A stretch of 64,000 nucleotides of DNA from a virus. Below, piece by piece: positions 1 to 11,300 of this stretch; the first letter of the stretch is position 1; every line of letters starts with the position of its first letter. The stretch covers positions 35,276-99,275 of IMG/VR virus record IMGVR_UViG_3300036820_000006; one strand, given 5' to 3'. Below the pieces are notes generated by a model. The model ran no database searches. It was not told the DNA's origin and saw nothing but the letters and a program-made list of their open reading frames with translations. The position numbers and the translations under genes are program-made.

Positions 1-1463
1 CGGCACTGGCGATTCCGCCGCGCAACGGCACTACGGGATGCATCACGATTGTGGCCGGGCAGGAAGACATCCCTGGTATCGGCTATCTCGAACAGATGCG
101 CCCGATCGGCGATGTGGCCGATGCGAGTGTGTGGATGGCCTACGACTACGAGGCGCTGTATCTGATGGCGACCGCGGCCGGTGACACCTCCAACGCCAGC
201 ATCTTCAACACGCAATTCACGAGCCTGCAAACCTGCGTCACGACGACGCTGACCGACGGCTCGACCAAGATGCTGTGGTTCGCGAACGGTGCCCAGATGC
301 ACGAGCTGGACATTGTGGACTCGACCCTTGCGGCGTATCCGTTGCTGGGCAGCAGCGTCGGGCCGCTGCTTTCGGGCACGCAAATCACAGCGATAGGCAC
401 CTGGCTCGACTCGAATTATTCGAGTCTGGTTGACACCCAGGGGTACGCAAAGATGGTCAACGCCTGTGACGTGGTGGGGAAGATTCCCTCGGGCGGGGGA
501 GCCCCTTACACCTCCGACGGCACAACGACAACCAGCTATCAGTGTGCTTTCTGGGCTACGTTCGGCGGGTATTTTGCCGATATTCTGAGCCCCGTCGACT
601 TAGCTTCGGCGCAGTCATATATGGCCGCATTCCTCAACGGCATGTCGCCCGGCGTCGAGCACTATAACAGCGGAACTCCGGCCCTCGGCAACGCTCCATT
701 GCTGATTACGGCAGGGCAGTCGATTCGCCTAGCCAGCGAGCTTATCCCGATGGACGTTCCGCCAATTACGACCGTGCTGTGCGCCGCCGACGGTTTCGGG
801 CGCTGCACAAATTATTTGCCTGGAGACGTCAACGTCGGCAACTTTCACGACCCGGCGGTGCCCATTCCGTTTCTGCTGAAGCAGACAGGGACCTACGCCT
901 ACTCCGGCTTCAACACGATTGACGCCTATCTTTTTCCGAATGCGGCCAACGGGGCAACGCTCGGTATGGCTCTGGGCACGGCAATCTCCAGCAACAACGT
1001 TCTTTATTTATCGTTCCACCCCAACGGTTCGGGATCGACAAGCAACTTTGGCAGCCTTGACCTCTGGGGACATAACAACGAACTCACGTGGTGGCCATCC
1101 GGAGATGTTGGTGTCGGGGGTGCGTCAACTGACCAGAACAAACTCTTCTGGGTTGGATCGACGGCTCAGTTCAATGTCGATGCGAGCGGCAACGCGGCCA
1201 CCTCCGGCACGATGGGCGCAGCGGCTTATAACCAGCACGCCGCCAGCAATACAGGGGGTACCTGCACGATGTCCTCCGGGACTTCCTGCACGATCACCTT
1301 GGGTCATACCTATACGACGCCTGTCTGTATTGTGACCCAACAGAGCGGCACGCTGACCGGCGGTGTAGTGGGTTGCACGGTTTCAGGAACGACAGTCACC
1401 ATCACCGCCGCCACGTCGAATTCAGAGGCGTGGGGGGCGTTCGTGTTCGGAAATCCCAACTAA
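1..1463 (+). CDS. 5'-truncated tail/virion-associated protein with a possible glycoside hydrolase-like N-terminal part and a Thr/Gly-rich fibre-like C-terminus
   Basis: Frame is open to the window edge. YQCAFWATFGGY resembles six-hairpin glycosidase motifs. C-terminus GTCTMSSGTSCTITL...VCIVT is fibre-like. Confidence 0.5.
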   Translation, partial: ALAIPPRNGTTGCITIVAGQEDIPGIGYLEQMRPIGDVADASVWMAYDYEALYLMATAAGDTSNASIFNTQFTSLQTCVTTTLTDGSTKMLWFANGAQMHELDIVDSTLAAYPLLGSSVGPLLSGTQITAIGTWLDSNYSSLVDTQGYAKMVNACDVVGKIPSGGGAPYTSDGTTTTSYQCAFWATFGGYFADILSPVDLASAQSYMAAFLNGMSPGVEHYNSGTPALGNAPLLITAGQSIRLASELIPMDVPPITTVLCAADGFGRCTNYLPGDVNVGNFHDPAVPIPFLLKQTGTYAYSGFNTIDAYLFPNAANGATLGMALGTAISSNNVLYLSFHPNGSGSTSNFGSLDLWGHNNELTWWPSGDVGVGGASTDQNKLFWVGSTAQFNVDASGNAATSGTMGAAAYNQHAASNTGGTCTMSSGTSCTITLGHTYTTPVCIVTQQSGTLTGGVVGCTVSGTTVTITAATSNSEAWGAFVFGNPN

Positions 1464-1484
1464 TTTTAGGCGAAGGAAACCACA

Positions 1485-4400
1485 ATGGGCGTAGGAGACA
1501 TTCTCGGAGAAACCAGCAAGAGGCTAAGAATAGCCGCATCTCTTCTTCTGCTCTCGTTCATTCTCTTCCCGCTCGCCCTCTTCGCGCAGACGGTTCAGAC
1601 CTTCGCGGTGCCGGCGGCTATAAGCGTCCCCGTGGATACCGTGCAGACCTGCAAAGCCATCGTGAACGGCTCTCTCAATCAGGCAGTGACGTGGAGTTCA
1701 ACAGGAGGGATGTTGAGCGCGGGGCAAGATCCCAACACCGAAGGCATCACCTCCGCGAGCACGGGGACCTTCACGCTGACAGCAACCTCCGTTGCCGATG
1801 GGACGAAGACCGCGAGCTGCGTGGTTACCTTCACCGGCGATCCGTCCGTAGCGACAACCTATCCGCGGCTGATTCTTCCCGCCAGTCAAGTCGCTACCAT
1901 GCAGGCCAAGGGGTTGACCAGCAATCCTCTGTACTCCGCGATCTTTACTCCAGCACAAGCTGCGTATACAGCCGACTCGGCGATCTGGACGTTTTCGACG
2001 TGGAGCGGATCGGCCTGCACCGGAGGGTCGGGACCAAGCTCGGACCAGAGCCAGAACTTCGTGGAGAACGACGCCTTCTGGATGGCGCAAGTCGCGCTGA
2101 TGGATAACAGTTCCAGCAACCGGAACCAGTACGGCTGCCCAGCGCACGATGTCTTCATGACCAACATTGAATACGCCATCAATGGTGAGTTCAAGGTCGA
2201 TGGAAACCGCATGTCGGGGAGCGCAGACCAGTTCGCGTTGACCGCCGACCTACTGCTGGGCGGAGGCTATCTCAGTTCCGCCGATCAGGCTGTAGTGCGA
2301 AACTTCCTCGCCGTGGTTGCGTACGACCAGGTGAACTCCTTCTATGGCTCAGAGGGGGTTATTGGAAGCTACAACAGCGCGACGCAGTTCACGAATTTCG
2401 GGGATAGCAGCTACGTCTTCATGCGCGCCATGGGGAACAACTACACGCAGTCGCGCATGTTGATCCTCACGGCGGCGGCGCTTCAGTTCGACGACAACAC
2501 GAGCGCCGACCCGCTGATGCCCACTGGGGGCGTAGTGAGCGCGCCGCCGCAAAATCAAGGCAGCACATGGACGGTAGGAGAGCAGTTCACCATAGGCTCC
2601 GGCGCGGCGGTGGGGCAATGCACCGCAGTATCGGGCGGCGCCTGCACGGCAACGGAAGTCATTACTGCCTCGACCGGGTATAACAACACCTCGAATCCCC
2701 TCAGCACAACAGCGACTTCGGGCAGCGGAACCGGCTTGACGGTGAATATCGTGGCGCTCAACACCTGCGGCGCGGCGCGAGGGACCTTATGCCCGGACGG
2801 CAGCGGGGGCGACCTGCACGCCTATTGGGGCTACATGACCGGCGCGATGCTATACAAATACTGGGCCAACGAAGAAGACCCCGGCATCACGCAGCAGGCC
2901 TACAACGCCGCATACGCCAACCTGCCGTCCAATCCTTCATGTAGCACGGAGTGGGGCGGGACGGCCCCCTGCATGGGCAGCAGCCAAGGCGGGGAGGCAA
3001 GCGAGGGAACATTTTACGGCAATGCCTTCGCCGGATTTATTCAGACAGCGATTGCGATTCAGAATGCCGGGTACTTCAACCCGTCGCTGTACGGCCCGCA
3101 GATGAGCGCGCTGACTTCCAGCTACAACGATCAGCGCATACTCGCCGATTACACGGCTATGACGGGGATGAGCGGACTTCAGGCCGAGCCTGCTCGTTGG
3201 AACTTCCTCACCAACGGCGATTCGGACAACAATTACGTCTACCCAGCCAGCTACAGCACCGAATCGACGATGTTGATGGACGACTACCTTAGCGGAAGAA
3301 CCGACCGCGCGAACAATCTGGAGTGGATTGTATTGAACAGCGCGTGGGGCGGGGCGGATGGAACCCATAGCTGCACGATGGGACCGTGCGGGTTCATCAA
3401 CTCTCTCGCCGATCCTTTTGGCGAAGCGACGCTGCCGGACATCTTCATCGCGTTGCCAGCGGGTAACCCGGTGACCGTAAATCCTCCCACCGACCCGCGT
3501 GCGACGCTTCCGACCGACTGGTACGACATCGGCAATCAGCATATCGCCGTGCGGGATAACGGTTGGGCCACGGGAACGGGAACGATCTTCTCCACCTATT
3601 GCACCAACACCCACATCGACCACGAACACGGGTTTTGCGGAGGCTTTGATGTGTACTCGAACGGCGAGTACATCGCAAAAGGCCGGACGGAGTTCAACGA
3701 CTACAACGATGCGATGAGCGCCGCGATGTACAAGCAGACCGCTCCGGCGTTGCAATTCCCCGGCCAGACGACCTGCACCGTGAATCCTTCGTCAAACTTC
3801 TGTTCCTATTGGGAGGGGTTCACTTTCGGAGGGGAGATGTGGCACGGAACGCAAGGCGGAGTGGCCACGCTGCTGCATTCGGACTCGCCGGTCTACGTGG
3901 CCTCGACCGCCGACGACACAGTTCTCAACACGGGAGCCGCCACCAACAGCCACTACTCCCCATTCAATCAAACATCCCTGCGGTCTACCTCGCAAATCTA
4001 TCTGCGCGGATCGCAACAGGTCATCACCTACAACCGGGTCGCCACCGGGACGAATTCGTGGAACAAGTCGAACTTCTTCGTCACGACCGGAGCGCCGACG
4101 ATCAGTGGCGGGACGGCGACGTGGCTGACCCGCTCGGGAACGCAGAAGGCCGCGTGGACACCTTTGCTCCCTGCCGGTGCGACGTTCACCAACGCCAGGT
4201 TGCCGCAGTATGTGACCATCACCGCCGCGCATTCCACACTGAACAGCGGCTCAACAATGCAGGCAACCTGCACGGTGACCTACGCGGACGGCTCGACGGC
4301 TGACGTATCGTCCCTGACGGGCTGGGCTGGGAATTTGACGTGGACGGTCGATACTCCGACCGTTGCCACCGTGGCATCGGCGGGCTTGATTACGCCGGTT

Positions 4401-4964
4401 GCGGCGGGCAGCTTCAATCTGCGCTGCGGCTGGCTGGGCGTGTATGGCAACGCCCCAATCACCATCACCTCCGGCTCGTCCAGTGGGACGACAAACGTTG
4501 TCGGCGACCAAGACCAGCTTGACGACTGGGAGCCGTACACATTGGTCCAGGTTGATGCTGGGAACGCCACGAGCACGAACTTCCTCTCCGTATTGCAGTG
4601 GGGAGCGTCCAGCTTCACTCCTGCGACGGCAACGGCGGTCACTTCGAGTTCGGGCCAGACCTTCGACGGCACTCTGGTGGGTACGACGCTGGCCATGTTC
4701 ATGCGCGTTCCTGCTACGTTCACCGGCGTGACTTTCCCAGCCTCCAGCGCCACAACGCTGTACGTGGCGGACCTAACCCCGAACACGAGCTACACGGTTT
4801 CGGGCGCAGGGACTCCGGGTTCCTGCACAACCGATCCGGCTGGGGTATGCACCTTCTCTGCCACCGGGACAGGCAACATCAGCGTCAGTCCCGGTGGCGT
4901 GGCCGCACCGCCAGTCAATTTAACTGGGACTATCAGCATTACAGGAAGCGCGGTTATCCGATGA
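1485..4964 (+). CDS. Large signal-peptide protein with Ig-like domains and a heparinase II/III-like polysaccharide lyase region
   Basis: 1159 aa. N-terminal signal peptide (RLRIAASLLLLSFILFPLALFAQ). Ig-like repeats (VTWSST; ATCTVTYADGSTADVS...LTW). HIDHEHGFCGGFDVYSNGEY resembles the heparinase II/III motif. Confidence 0.55.
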   Translation: MGVGDILGETSKRLRIAASLLLLSFILFPLALFAQTVQTFAVPAAISVPVDTVQTCKAIVNGSLNQAVTWSSTGGMLSAGQDPNTEGITSASTGTFTLTATSVADGTKTASCVVTFTGDPSVATTYPRLILPASQVATMQAKGLTSNPLYSAIFTPAQAAYTADSAIWTFSTWSGSACTGGSGPSSDQSQNFVENDAFWMAQVALMDNSSSNRNQYGCPAHDVFMTNIEYAINGEFKVDGNRMSGSADQFALTADLLLGGGYLSSADQAVVRNFLAVVAYDQVNSFYGSEGVIGSYNSATQFTNFGDSSYVFMRAMGNNYTQSRMLILTAAALQFDDNTSADPLMPTGGVVSAPPQNQGSTWTVGEQFTIGSGAAVGQCTAVSGGACTATEVITASTGYNNTSNPLSTTATSGSGTGLTVNIVALNTCGAARGTLCPDGSGGDLHAYWGYMTGAMLYKYWANEEDPGITQQAYNAAYANLPSNPSCSTEWGGTAPCMGSSQGGEASEGTFYGNAFAGFIQTAIAIQNAGYFNPSLYGPQMSALTSSYNDQRILADYTAMTGMSGLQAEPARWNFLTNGDSDNNYVYPASYSTESTMLMDDYLSGRTDRANNLEWIVLNSAWGGADGTHSCTMGPCGFINSLADPFGEATLPDIFIALPAGNPVTVNPPTDPRATLPTDWYDIGNQHIAVRDNGWATGTGTIFSTYCTNTHIDHEHGFCGGFDVYSNGEYIAKGRTEFNDYNDAMSAAMYKQTAPALQFPGQTTCTVNPSSNFCSYWEGFTFGGEMWHGTQGGVATLLHSDSPVYVASTADDTVLNTGAATNSHYSPFNQTSLRSTSQIYLRGSQQVITYNRVATGTNSWNKSNFFVTTGAPTISGGTATWLTRSGTQKAAWTPLLPAGATFTNARLPQYVTITAAHSTLNSGSTMQATCTVTYADGSTADVSSLTGWAGNLTWTVDTPTVATVASAGLITPVAAGSFNLRCGWLGVYGNAPITITSGSSSGTTNVVGDQDQLDDWEPYTLVQVDAGNATSTNFLSVLQWGASSFTPATATAVTSSSGQTFDGTLVGTTLAMFMRVPATFTGVTFPASSATTLYVADLTPNTSYTVSGAGTPGSCTTDPAGVCTFSATGTGNISVSPGGVAAPPVNLTGTISITGSAVIR

Positions 4965-5560
4965 GAGCTACGCTGCTCCTGCTCGCGTTGCAGTCGGTCG
5001 CATTGACATGGACGCCTTCTCCAACCCCCGGAGCAGTATCGAGCGTCTATCGCATCGGAGATGCGTGTCCTTCAACTATTACAGGCGGTATCCAGCTTGC
5101 TAGCGGACTTACTGGGGCAACATTCATCGATACCACCCCGGTTGCAGGCTCAACCTATAGCTACTACCTGACCGCCATCGCACCGGGCTATGCCACTTCA
5201 CCTCCATCTAATTGTGTTACGGAGTCGATACCTAACCCAGCCCCGCCGCCCCCGCCGCCGCCACCGCCAGCACTCACGCCTGCCCTGCTCACAATTGGCG
5301 TTTCAGCCTCAAACGTAAATATGAGTAAAGTTTCCGTAGCGGTCAAAGCTGCCACTGGAAAAGTTGTGCCTCAAGGTACCGTTACATGGACCATACAAGG
5401 CACCACTATTTTCACCACCACACTCACTCGGCAAGGCCAGACTTCCGCCTCAATATGCACCATGTTGATGCAGTTTTTGCCGGTCACTATTACATATTCC
5501 GGCAGCAGCACCTTTGCCCCATCTACAATTACGCTGCCTGCTACAGGTTACAGAAATTGA
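4961..5560 (+). CDS. Fibronectin-III/Ig-like domain protein with a poly-Pro linker
   Basis: ATGA overlap with the upstream stop. ALTWTPS...TFIDTT...YSYYLTA is FN3-like. C-terminal PQGTVTW...ITYSGSSTFAPS is Ig-like. Confidence 0.65.
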   Translation: MRATLLLLALQSVALTWTPSPTPGAVSSVYRIGDACPSTITGGIQLASGLTGATFIDTTPVAGSTYSYYLTAIAPGYATSPPSNCVTESIPNPAPPPPPPPPPALTPALLTIGVSASNVNMSKVSVAVKAATGKVVPQGTVTWTIQGTTIFTTTLTRQGQTSASICTMLMQFLPVTITYSGSSTFAPSTITLPATGYRN

Positions 5561-5668
5561 TTGTGTTAGCTCCATAGGGCGCTTTAAAGTGATTGCGCAC
5601 CTTAGGGTATCTAACCTCAGGAAATCCGACCCTCGAAGACGGTGCATCCTAAGGAGGAAAGTGGGCCA

Positions 5669-6001
5669 ATGCCGCCAGAGGGGTCAGCATTCATGCAAGC
5701 TAAGATCGATGGACTGGAAAAAGTGGTAGCAGGATTGTCGGCTACGATGGAAGCCAATCACAGGCAGAATCGTGGGGATATCCATCGATTGTTCGACAAT
5801 CAACAGACCATCGCTGACTCAATTCGTGTAGGGTTAGATCATATCGCAGATAAAATTAGTATTCGCTGCGATGGAATTGAGAGCGATGTTATGGACTTAA
5901 GATTGAAGTGGGCACGCGCTACGGGCTACTCAGCAGCGGTAGCTGGATTATGCGCGCTGCTGTTCGAACTTATCAAATTGGGGATAGATCACATTCGATG
6001 A
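5669..6001 (+). CDS. Coiled-coil protein with a C-terminal TM helix (holin/XhlA-like lysis protein)
   Basis: AAGGAGG upstream, one C-terminal hydrophobic helix, directly before the endolysin. Confidence 0.5.
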   Translation: MPPEGSAFMQAKIDGLEKVVAGLSATMEANHRQNRGDIHRLFDNQQTIADSIRVGLDHIADKISIRCDGIESDVMDLRLKWARATGYSAAVAGLCALLFELIKLGIDHIR

Positions 6002-6444
6002 ACAGTCATGCTGATTACGCGCTTCTCGCCTTATGTTTGTGGAAAGAAGATCGTTCTGGAGGAAACACTGGTATGACTGCTGTGGCCTGCGTAGTGCGCA
6101 ACCGGGCCACACGTAATCACACCACTTATTATGAGGAGCTAACTGAGCCTGAGCAATTCTCCTCACTAACCGCCAAAGGCGACCCGGAGCTGACGGTATT
6201 CCCCAAGCCGAACGACATCTGGTGGCAGGCAGCACAGCTTATCGCGGGCAATGTGGTCGATGGCAACGTGGCTGACATCACCGGAGGGGCGACGATGTAT
6301 TATGCGCCCCGAGGGCTGGGGCCGACCACTAAAACATTTACGCCACCTGGTGGCCAGCTGGTGCCGTTTCCTGAGGACTGGAATGCAACCGTGCTCACTT
6401 ACACTGTAACCATAGGCGGACAACTCTTCTTTCGGCCGAATTAG
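5998..6444 (+). CDS. Endolysin, SleB-like cell wall hydrolase (Hydrolase_2)
   Basis: LALCLWKEDR..G..GMTAVACVVRNR, QFS, DITGGATMYY and TIGGQLFF motifs. ATGA overlap. Confidence 0.85.
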   Translation: MNSHADYALLALCLWKEDRSGGNTGMTAVACVVRNRATRNHTTYYEELTEPEQFSSLTAKGDPELTVFPKPNDIWWQAAQLIAGNVVDGNVADITGGATMYYAPRGLGPTTKTFTPPGGQLVPFPEDWNATVLTYTVTIGGQLFFRPN

Positions 6445-6494
6445 CCCCTGAAAACTCTTTACTCACCTCTGGCTTGCATGCTCTCATGCGGGCC

Positions 6495-6830
6495 ATGAGC
6501 AAAGCATGGACATCATTGCAGACGTGGCTGAGCAAGCATTCCATCAGTTCCAAAACGATAGCCTCTGTATGGCTGTTTATCGTAGCGATGTTCTATGCAG
6601 AGCCAAGCTTCCGCGAATATGTAAAGCAGGCTTATACCCACCTACCGCTCTGGCTGCACGGTTTTATTGCGGGGGTGGTTCTGCCCGCGTGCTTGTTCTG
6701 GAAGACGTGGAAGACGGTGCGGGAGACTCCAACAGCTTCAGTAGCGCGAACGGCCTCAGCGACTAGCTCAGCGAACAGCTCGGCGGCTAACTCATTCGGT
6801 TCTTCAGGCCCACTCAATCTCAACCAGTAA
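6495..6830 (+). CDS. Putative holin (two TM segments)
   Basis: Two hydrophobic segments, immediately after the endolysin. Confidence 0.45.
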   Translation: MSKAWTSLQTWLSKHSISSKTIASVWLFIVAMFYAEPSFREYVKQAYTHLPLWLHGFIAGVVLPACLFWKTWKTVRETPTASVARTASATSSANSSAANSFGSSGPLNLNQ

Positions 6831-6844
6831 GGGAGAAGGCAGCA

Positions 6845-7429
6845 ATGAAACAACTCACGCTCACGCTCAAGCCTAAGTCCAAGCTCGACCGCAGGTGCTT
6901 CCTCAAACTCACAGGCACGGCTGCGGCAATCACTGTGATACCTAGCTCGCTGCTGCTCTCTGGCTGCAATTCCGAATCCATCGTGCAGGGCCTCAACATC
7001 GTGCTTCAGTCGGCCGAAGGCATTCTCAACGTGCTTGCGCCCGGTGATCCATGGGCTGCGGATTTCCAGCAAGCGGTAGCCGCGCTGCAGCAGGCCGAGG
7101 CGGCATGGCAAGGCGGCGGCGCGATCAACATTATCGTGTCGGCGCTGAACACGCTGGAAGCGGTCACTGCTGTGGTTCCGTTCACCGCGCCTTATTCTGC
7201 ATTGATCGACATTCTCGTGGCTGGAATTGAATCAGTGCTGCTGCTGATTCAGAACCAGAATCCATCAGTGTCGGTCGCAGCGGCCGCGACTGCGCACCCG
7301 AATCCGCACGAGGGCAAATATCATCTGGGCAGGCCACATGCATTTCAGACCCCGGTGGGCGTTTACCGCAAGGCATGGAATGATGCCGTGAAAGCGAACC
7401 CCGTGCTGGCGGCGGCTAAGCTGCAGTAG
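6845..7429 (+). CDS. Twin-arginine (Tat) signal lipoprotein
   Basis: DRRCFLK Tat motif, a hydrophobic stretch and an LLLSGC lipobox. Confidence 0.7.
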   Translation: MKQLTLTLKPKSKLDRRCFLKLTGTAAAITVIPSSLLLSGCNSESIVQGLNIVLQSAEGILNVLAPGDPWAADFQQAVAALQQAEAAWQGGGAINIIVSALNTLEAVTAVVPFTAPYSALIDILVAGIESVLLLIQNQNPSVSVAAAATAHPNPHEGKYHLGRPHAFQTPVGVYRKAWNDAVKANPVLAAAKLQ

Positions 7430-7491
7430 GAGCTAGGAGCTGGGAGCTAGGAGCTGGGAGCTGGGAGCTGGGAGCTAGGAGCTGGGAGCTG
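7429..7491 (+). repeat. Tandem 7-bp repeat (GGAGCTR)x9
   Basis: Nine perfect GGAGCT(A/G) units between a stop codon and the ATG at 7495. Confidence 0.95.
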
Positions 7492-7494
7492 GCT

Positions 7495-8304
7495 ATGGCA
7501 TTGAAGCGACTTTACACTGCTCTACGCGATTCACTTGATCCGCGTGATAGAGTGCTGCCTCAACCCGCATCTCTTATGTCACCTTTGCCTACTGTGCCTA
7601 ATGTGAGCTTAGCGCAATGGCTGGGGACTGTGAAGGACCAAGGAGCTACCGGGAGCTGCACGGCGCAAGCAGGCACGGGCATTTTAGAATGGCATTACAA
7701 CCGCTTTAAATCTCAATCTCTGGCATTCTCACCACAATTCCTGTATCGTGCCGAGCGGATTGTTGAGGGCGATGTCACGATGGATGGCGGCGCACAGTCT
7801 CGCACTATGATGAAAGTGCTGTGCCAGTATGGGACCTGTTTAGAAAGTAGCGATCCTTACAATGGGAATACCGGTTGGCAGCAGCCTACTACTCTAGCGC
7901 AACTAGCAGAAGCGCGTGGCTATCGCATGGGCGCTTATCATCGCGTCAGTGATCTTGAAACATTGAAAGGCGTGCTCAGGTCCGGTTATGTGTCCTCACT
8001 CGCTATTGAGGTTTACGAAAGCTTTGAGACGCAGCTGGTAGCGGAAACCGGTACTGTGCCAGTACCCGCTAAAAGTGAGCAGTTCCTTGGCGGCCATGAG
8101 GTTTATTGCTATGGCTATGACGATGTGCGCAGCGTGCTGCTATGCCGAAATTCGTGGGGACTGGACTGGGGCGCGGCTGGAGACTTCACTCTTCCGTATG
8201 GCTATTGGTCAGCGGGCTATGTGATGGATTCGTGGTGCTGTCATTTTGGGTCTCCTTGGAAGCTAGCGCCGTCGCTAGCGAACCTACCCAACCAGCACCC
8301 ATAG
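7495..8304 (+). CDS. Papain-like cysteine peptidase (family C1)
   Basis: VKDQGATGSC, GGHEV and RNSWG catalytic Gln/Cys/His/Asn motifs. Confidence 0.92.
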   Translation: MALKRLYTALRDSLDPRDRVLPQPASLMSPLPTVPNVSLAQWLGTVKDQGATGSCTAQAGTGILEWHYNRFKSQSLAFSPQFLYRAERIVEGDVTMDGGAQSRTMMKVLCQYGTCLESSDPYNGNTGWQQPTTLAQLAEARGYRMGAYHRVSDLETLKGVLRSGYVSSLAIEVYESFETQLVAETGTVPVPAKSEQFLGGHEVYCYGYDDVRSVLLCRNSWGLDWGAAGDFTLPYGYWSAGYVMDSWCCHFGSPWKLAPSLANLPNQHP

Positions 8305-11300
8305 CTAACTTATCTATCTCCTGTGCAGGCATGCTCTGGCTCACTGCTTTCGCAGCAGCATCAGCTTTCATACGTGACAACCATTGCTGAGCCGCTTTGA
8401 TGACGCACGCATCGCTGCAAGCATCGGTGGCCAGTATGCGGTTATAATGATAGCCATGAGGCTCCGCACCCTCCCATGGCACCACCTCAAAGCCAACTCC
8501 AGTTGAATAAACAGTGAACCAGTGATTAGTTTCTTTCTTGATGGCATCGCAGATGCCACAAAATGTGGTTGGTTTGGTTGGCATGGCAACTCCTTTTGGT
8601 TTATTTAAATTAGATAGAATCGCTCACTTAGTGGGCCTCCGATTTGGCCTTAGGTTTATAGGAATGCGCAGGAATTAGGCGGCTGACAATGAGCGCAAAC
8701 GTTGCAAGCAGGAGCGCACATTGACCTCCAGTAGACAGCGGCAAGCCGACCTCGAACCATGCTGACCCGGCGAACCAAATGAAGGCCACCATGCTCATAC
8801 AAACCCCACTGACTACAAGCACCATTCCAATCGCTAGCAGTATCTTCTTCATTCCTCATCTCCTCGCTCACCGGTTTTGAAATTCAGGGAAAAGCGGCTT
8901 GTCTACCTTTCGACTATTTCCCAGTCATCGGCAAGTAGGTCGAAGCCGTCTAGAATGTGCTCGCCACCGTCAGCGCATCCGATGGCGAGGAAGAACCACG
9001 GCACTCCACTCGACATCCAGACCTTGCCAGCATACTTAGCACGCTGCACCGAATGGCCATCTTTGCACCATTCCACCGCTTGTCTAATATCCGCCATTCT
9101 CAACCGCCTCTTTCTGTTTTCAATCTGACTTAGGTCTACCGTCTACAGGCAGGGCGCGTCCTTGTCGCTCTACTACGCGGCGCACTAAATCCAACATGCT
9201 AAGTACATCTTCAACGTCCTCGCGCGAGAAGGTTCCCCCAATGTCAATAGAGACCGATCCAGCAGTGAATCCCGTAGACTTGACGCCCGCTCGCACAATG
9301 AATAGTTCTGGCATCTCGCTCACTTCATCCCTCCTGATGCAGCCCCGCCCTTGGGTTCAGGGGGTTTTGCGGCGATTTCGGGTGGAGTGTCGAGAAAGCA
9401 CACCAATAGGAGACCAATCGTGCTGAGCACTATGCAGGTAAAAGCTCCAACAGCCGAGTCCCACTTGTGGATTCCAGCTTCATACCCGCATGCCCACTCG
9501 CTAACAAACGTGATGATGAGCAAATAAACCCACAAAGCTCTCATTTCCGGCCGCCTTGATCTGTATTCCCCTGAGACTGAACCGAATCACGTTTCACAAT
9601 CTTGCCGCAGCGGATGCAAGTGCGCGTTAGATCGCCGGATGCATTGGATACTGCCACTCCGCCACATACGCACCGTGGCCATACATCTGGATTCCCCTGA
9701 GACTGAACTTCACGGAGACGGGAGAGCACTGCCCTCAAGGCAGCATTCCAAGCTGATCGCCAAAGGATGTTGCTCGTCTCATCTCCTAAACTGTTGATGA
9801 TCCTCTCTAGCTCTTCCTCTACTAGAAGGGGCTTGGAGGGGGGAGCGAGTTTGGCTTCGGCGGCTTCGGCACGGGCATTACGCCAAGTGCCTAGAACATC
9901 CGTTCCGCGTAAGCCTATCTCGAATAGATGCACCGCCTGTTTCATGATCCATTTTGTGTGCGAAGCCCGCTCCGTATCCCGTTCCTTCTCTGCCTGTGCC
10001 AGCGACTCGTTCGCTGCCTGGAGTTGGGCCACCAACTCAGCCACTTCGGTATCCCGGGCATAGTACCCCCGCCTTGCTCCAGCTACAAAAATCTCGTCTG
10101 GTTCCTGACCGCCTCCATCGTCGATGCACACTTGCCGAAGCCATTCGTTGAATCCTGAAGGCTTAGGCACGGCAGGAGCATTTCTACAGCCTTCTGTGGT
10201 GCAGAAGGGTTTGGGCGGCGCGAAGTTTGGATATCCGCACTGGTCGCATTCAGGCAATTCAGCCGAATTTGCCGATTTCAAGGCTGGTAGCTCAGGGGCG
10301 CACCCTTTGGGTTCAGGCATTGGACTTCTCCTCTGGCTTGGCTTCTGATGCCCACGCGAGGATGCCAAGGAGATTACCCCAGCACTGCCGACACAATTTC
10401 CACGCCAATCCTTTGCGCCGGTACGCTCGATTGCAACCACCGTCATTGCATTTCATTTACTTTTCCTCCTCATCTGGTAGGGCTGCTGGGCTACATCCAT
10501 ACAGCCCAATCCATTACGCCTTGTCGATACTAGTTTTGAAAATGTCAAGATGTTCCCGAAACTGGGCCGAAGTAATTCGGCTGTCGCGCAAATCGGCTAA
10601 TTCCATCAGTAATATGAGGACTTCTGAGAATAGCTGTTTAGTCTTGGGGTCCATTTGATTCACCTCCTCCCTCGCGCGGTTCCTGTGGGCCGAGAGCGGC
10701 TACTTCGGGAATTGGCGGAAGCTTATCGAGGTCTAAGCCATACTTCGCGGCTATCGTCTCATTCATCTTTCGCAACTGTTCGTCCTTGAAGTCAGGCAGG
10801 CGTCCGTTTTCAGCCTGTTCCCCGGATGGGGGCGCGGGAATAGTTTTATTCCACTGGGCGCAAATCCAATCGGCCACCTCTGAGTCTTCACATTCCGCGA
10901 TGGTATGGCCATTGGCAAAGACGGCGAACCCGTCGGATTGAAAAGTTCCGTTGATCGCAAGCCCGTAACTCGCTCGACCGGGATACATCTTGTGAGCCTG
11001 ATGGTCATCACTCAGGGCCGCAGCTTCGGGACCAAGCTTGATTTCCGCTTGCTGCAACCGTTTCCGAAGATCATTGCAAATCTCAATCTGAGACTGAAGC
11101 GCAACTTGAAGGTCGCGATAGGAACCGCAGTGAAGCGCAATATCAGCTTCTCGTGCATCGGCGAAATCCTTCAATTTAGCCGGGTCCACAGGTTGCAGGG
11201 CCGCAGCTTCGGGTGTGCTGGCCGGGTATGAAATAGATGGGTCAGCGAGGTAGCTTTCGCATAGGCAATAACAGCAACCTCTAGAACCGTCCGATTTCAT

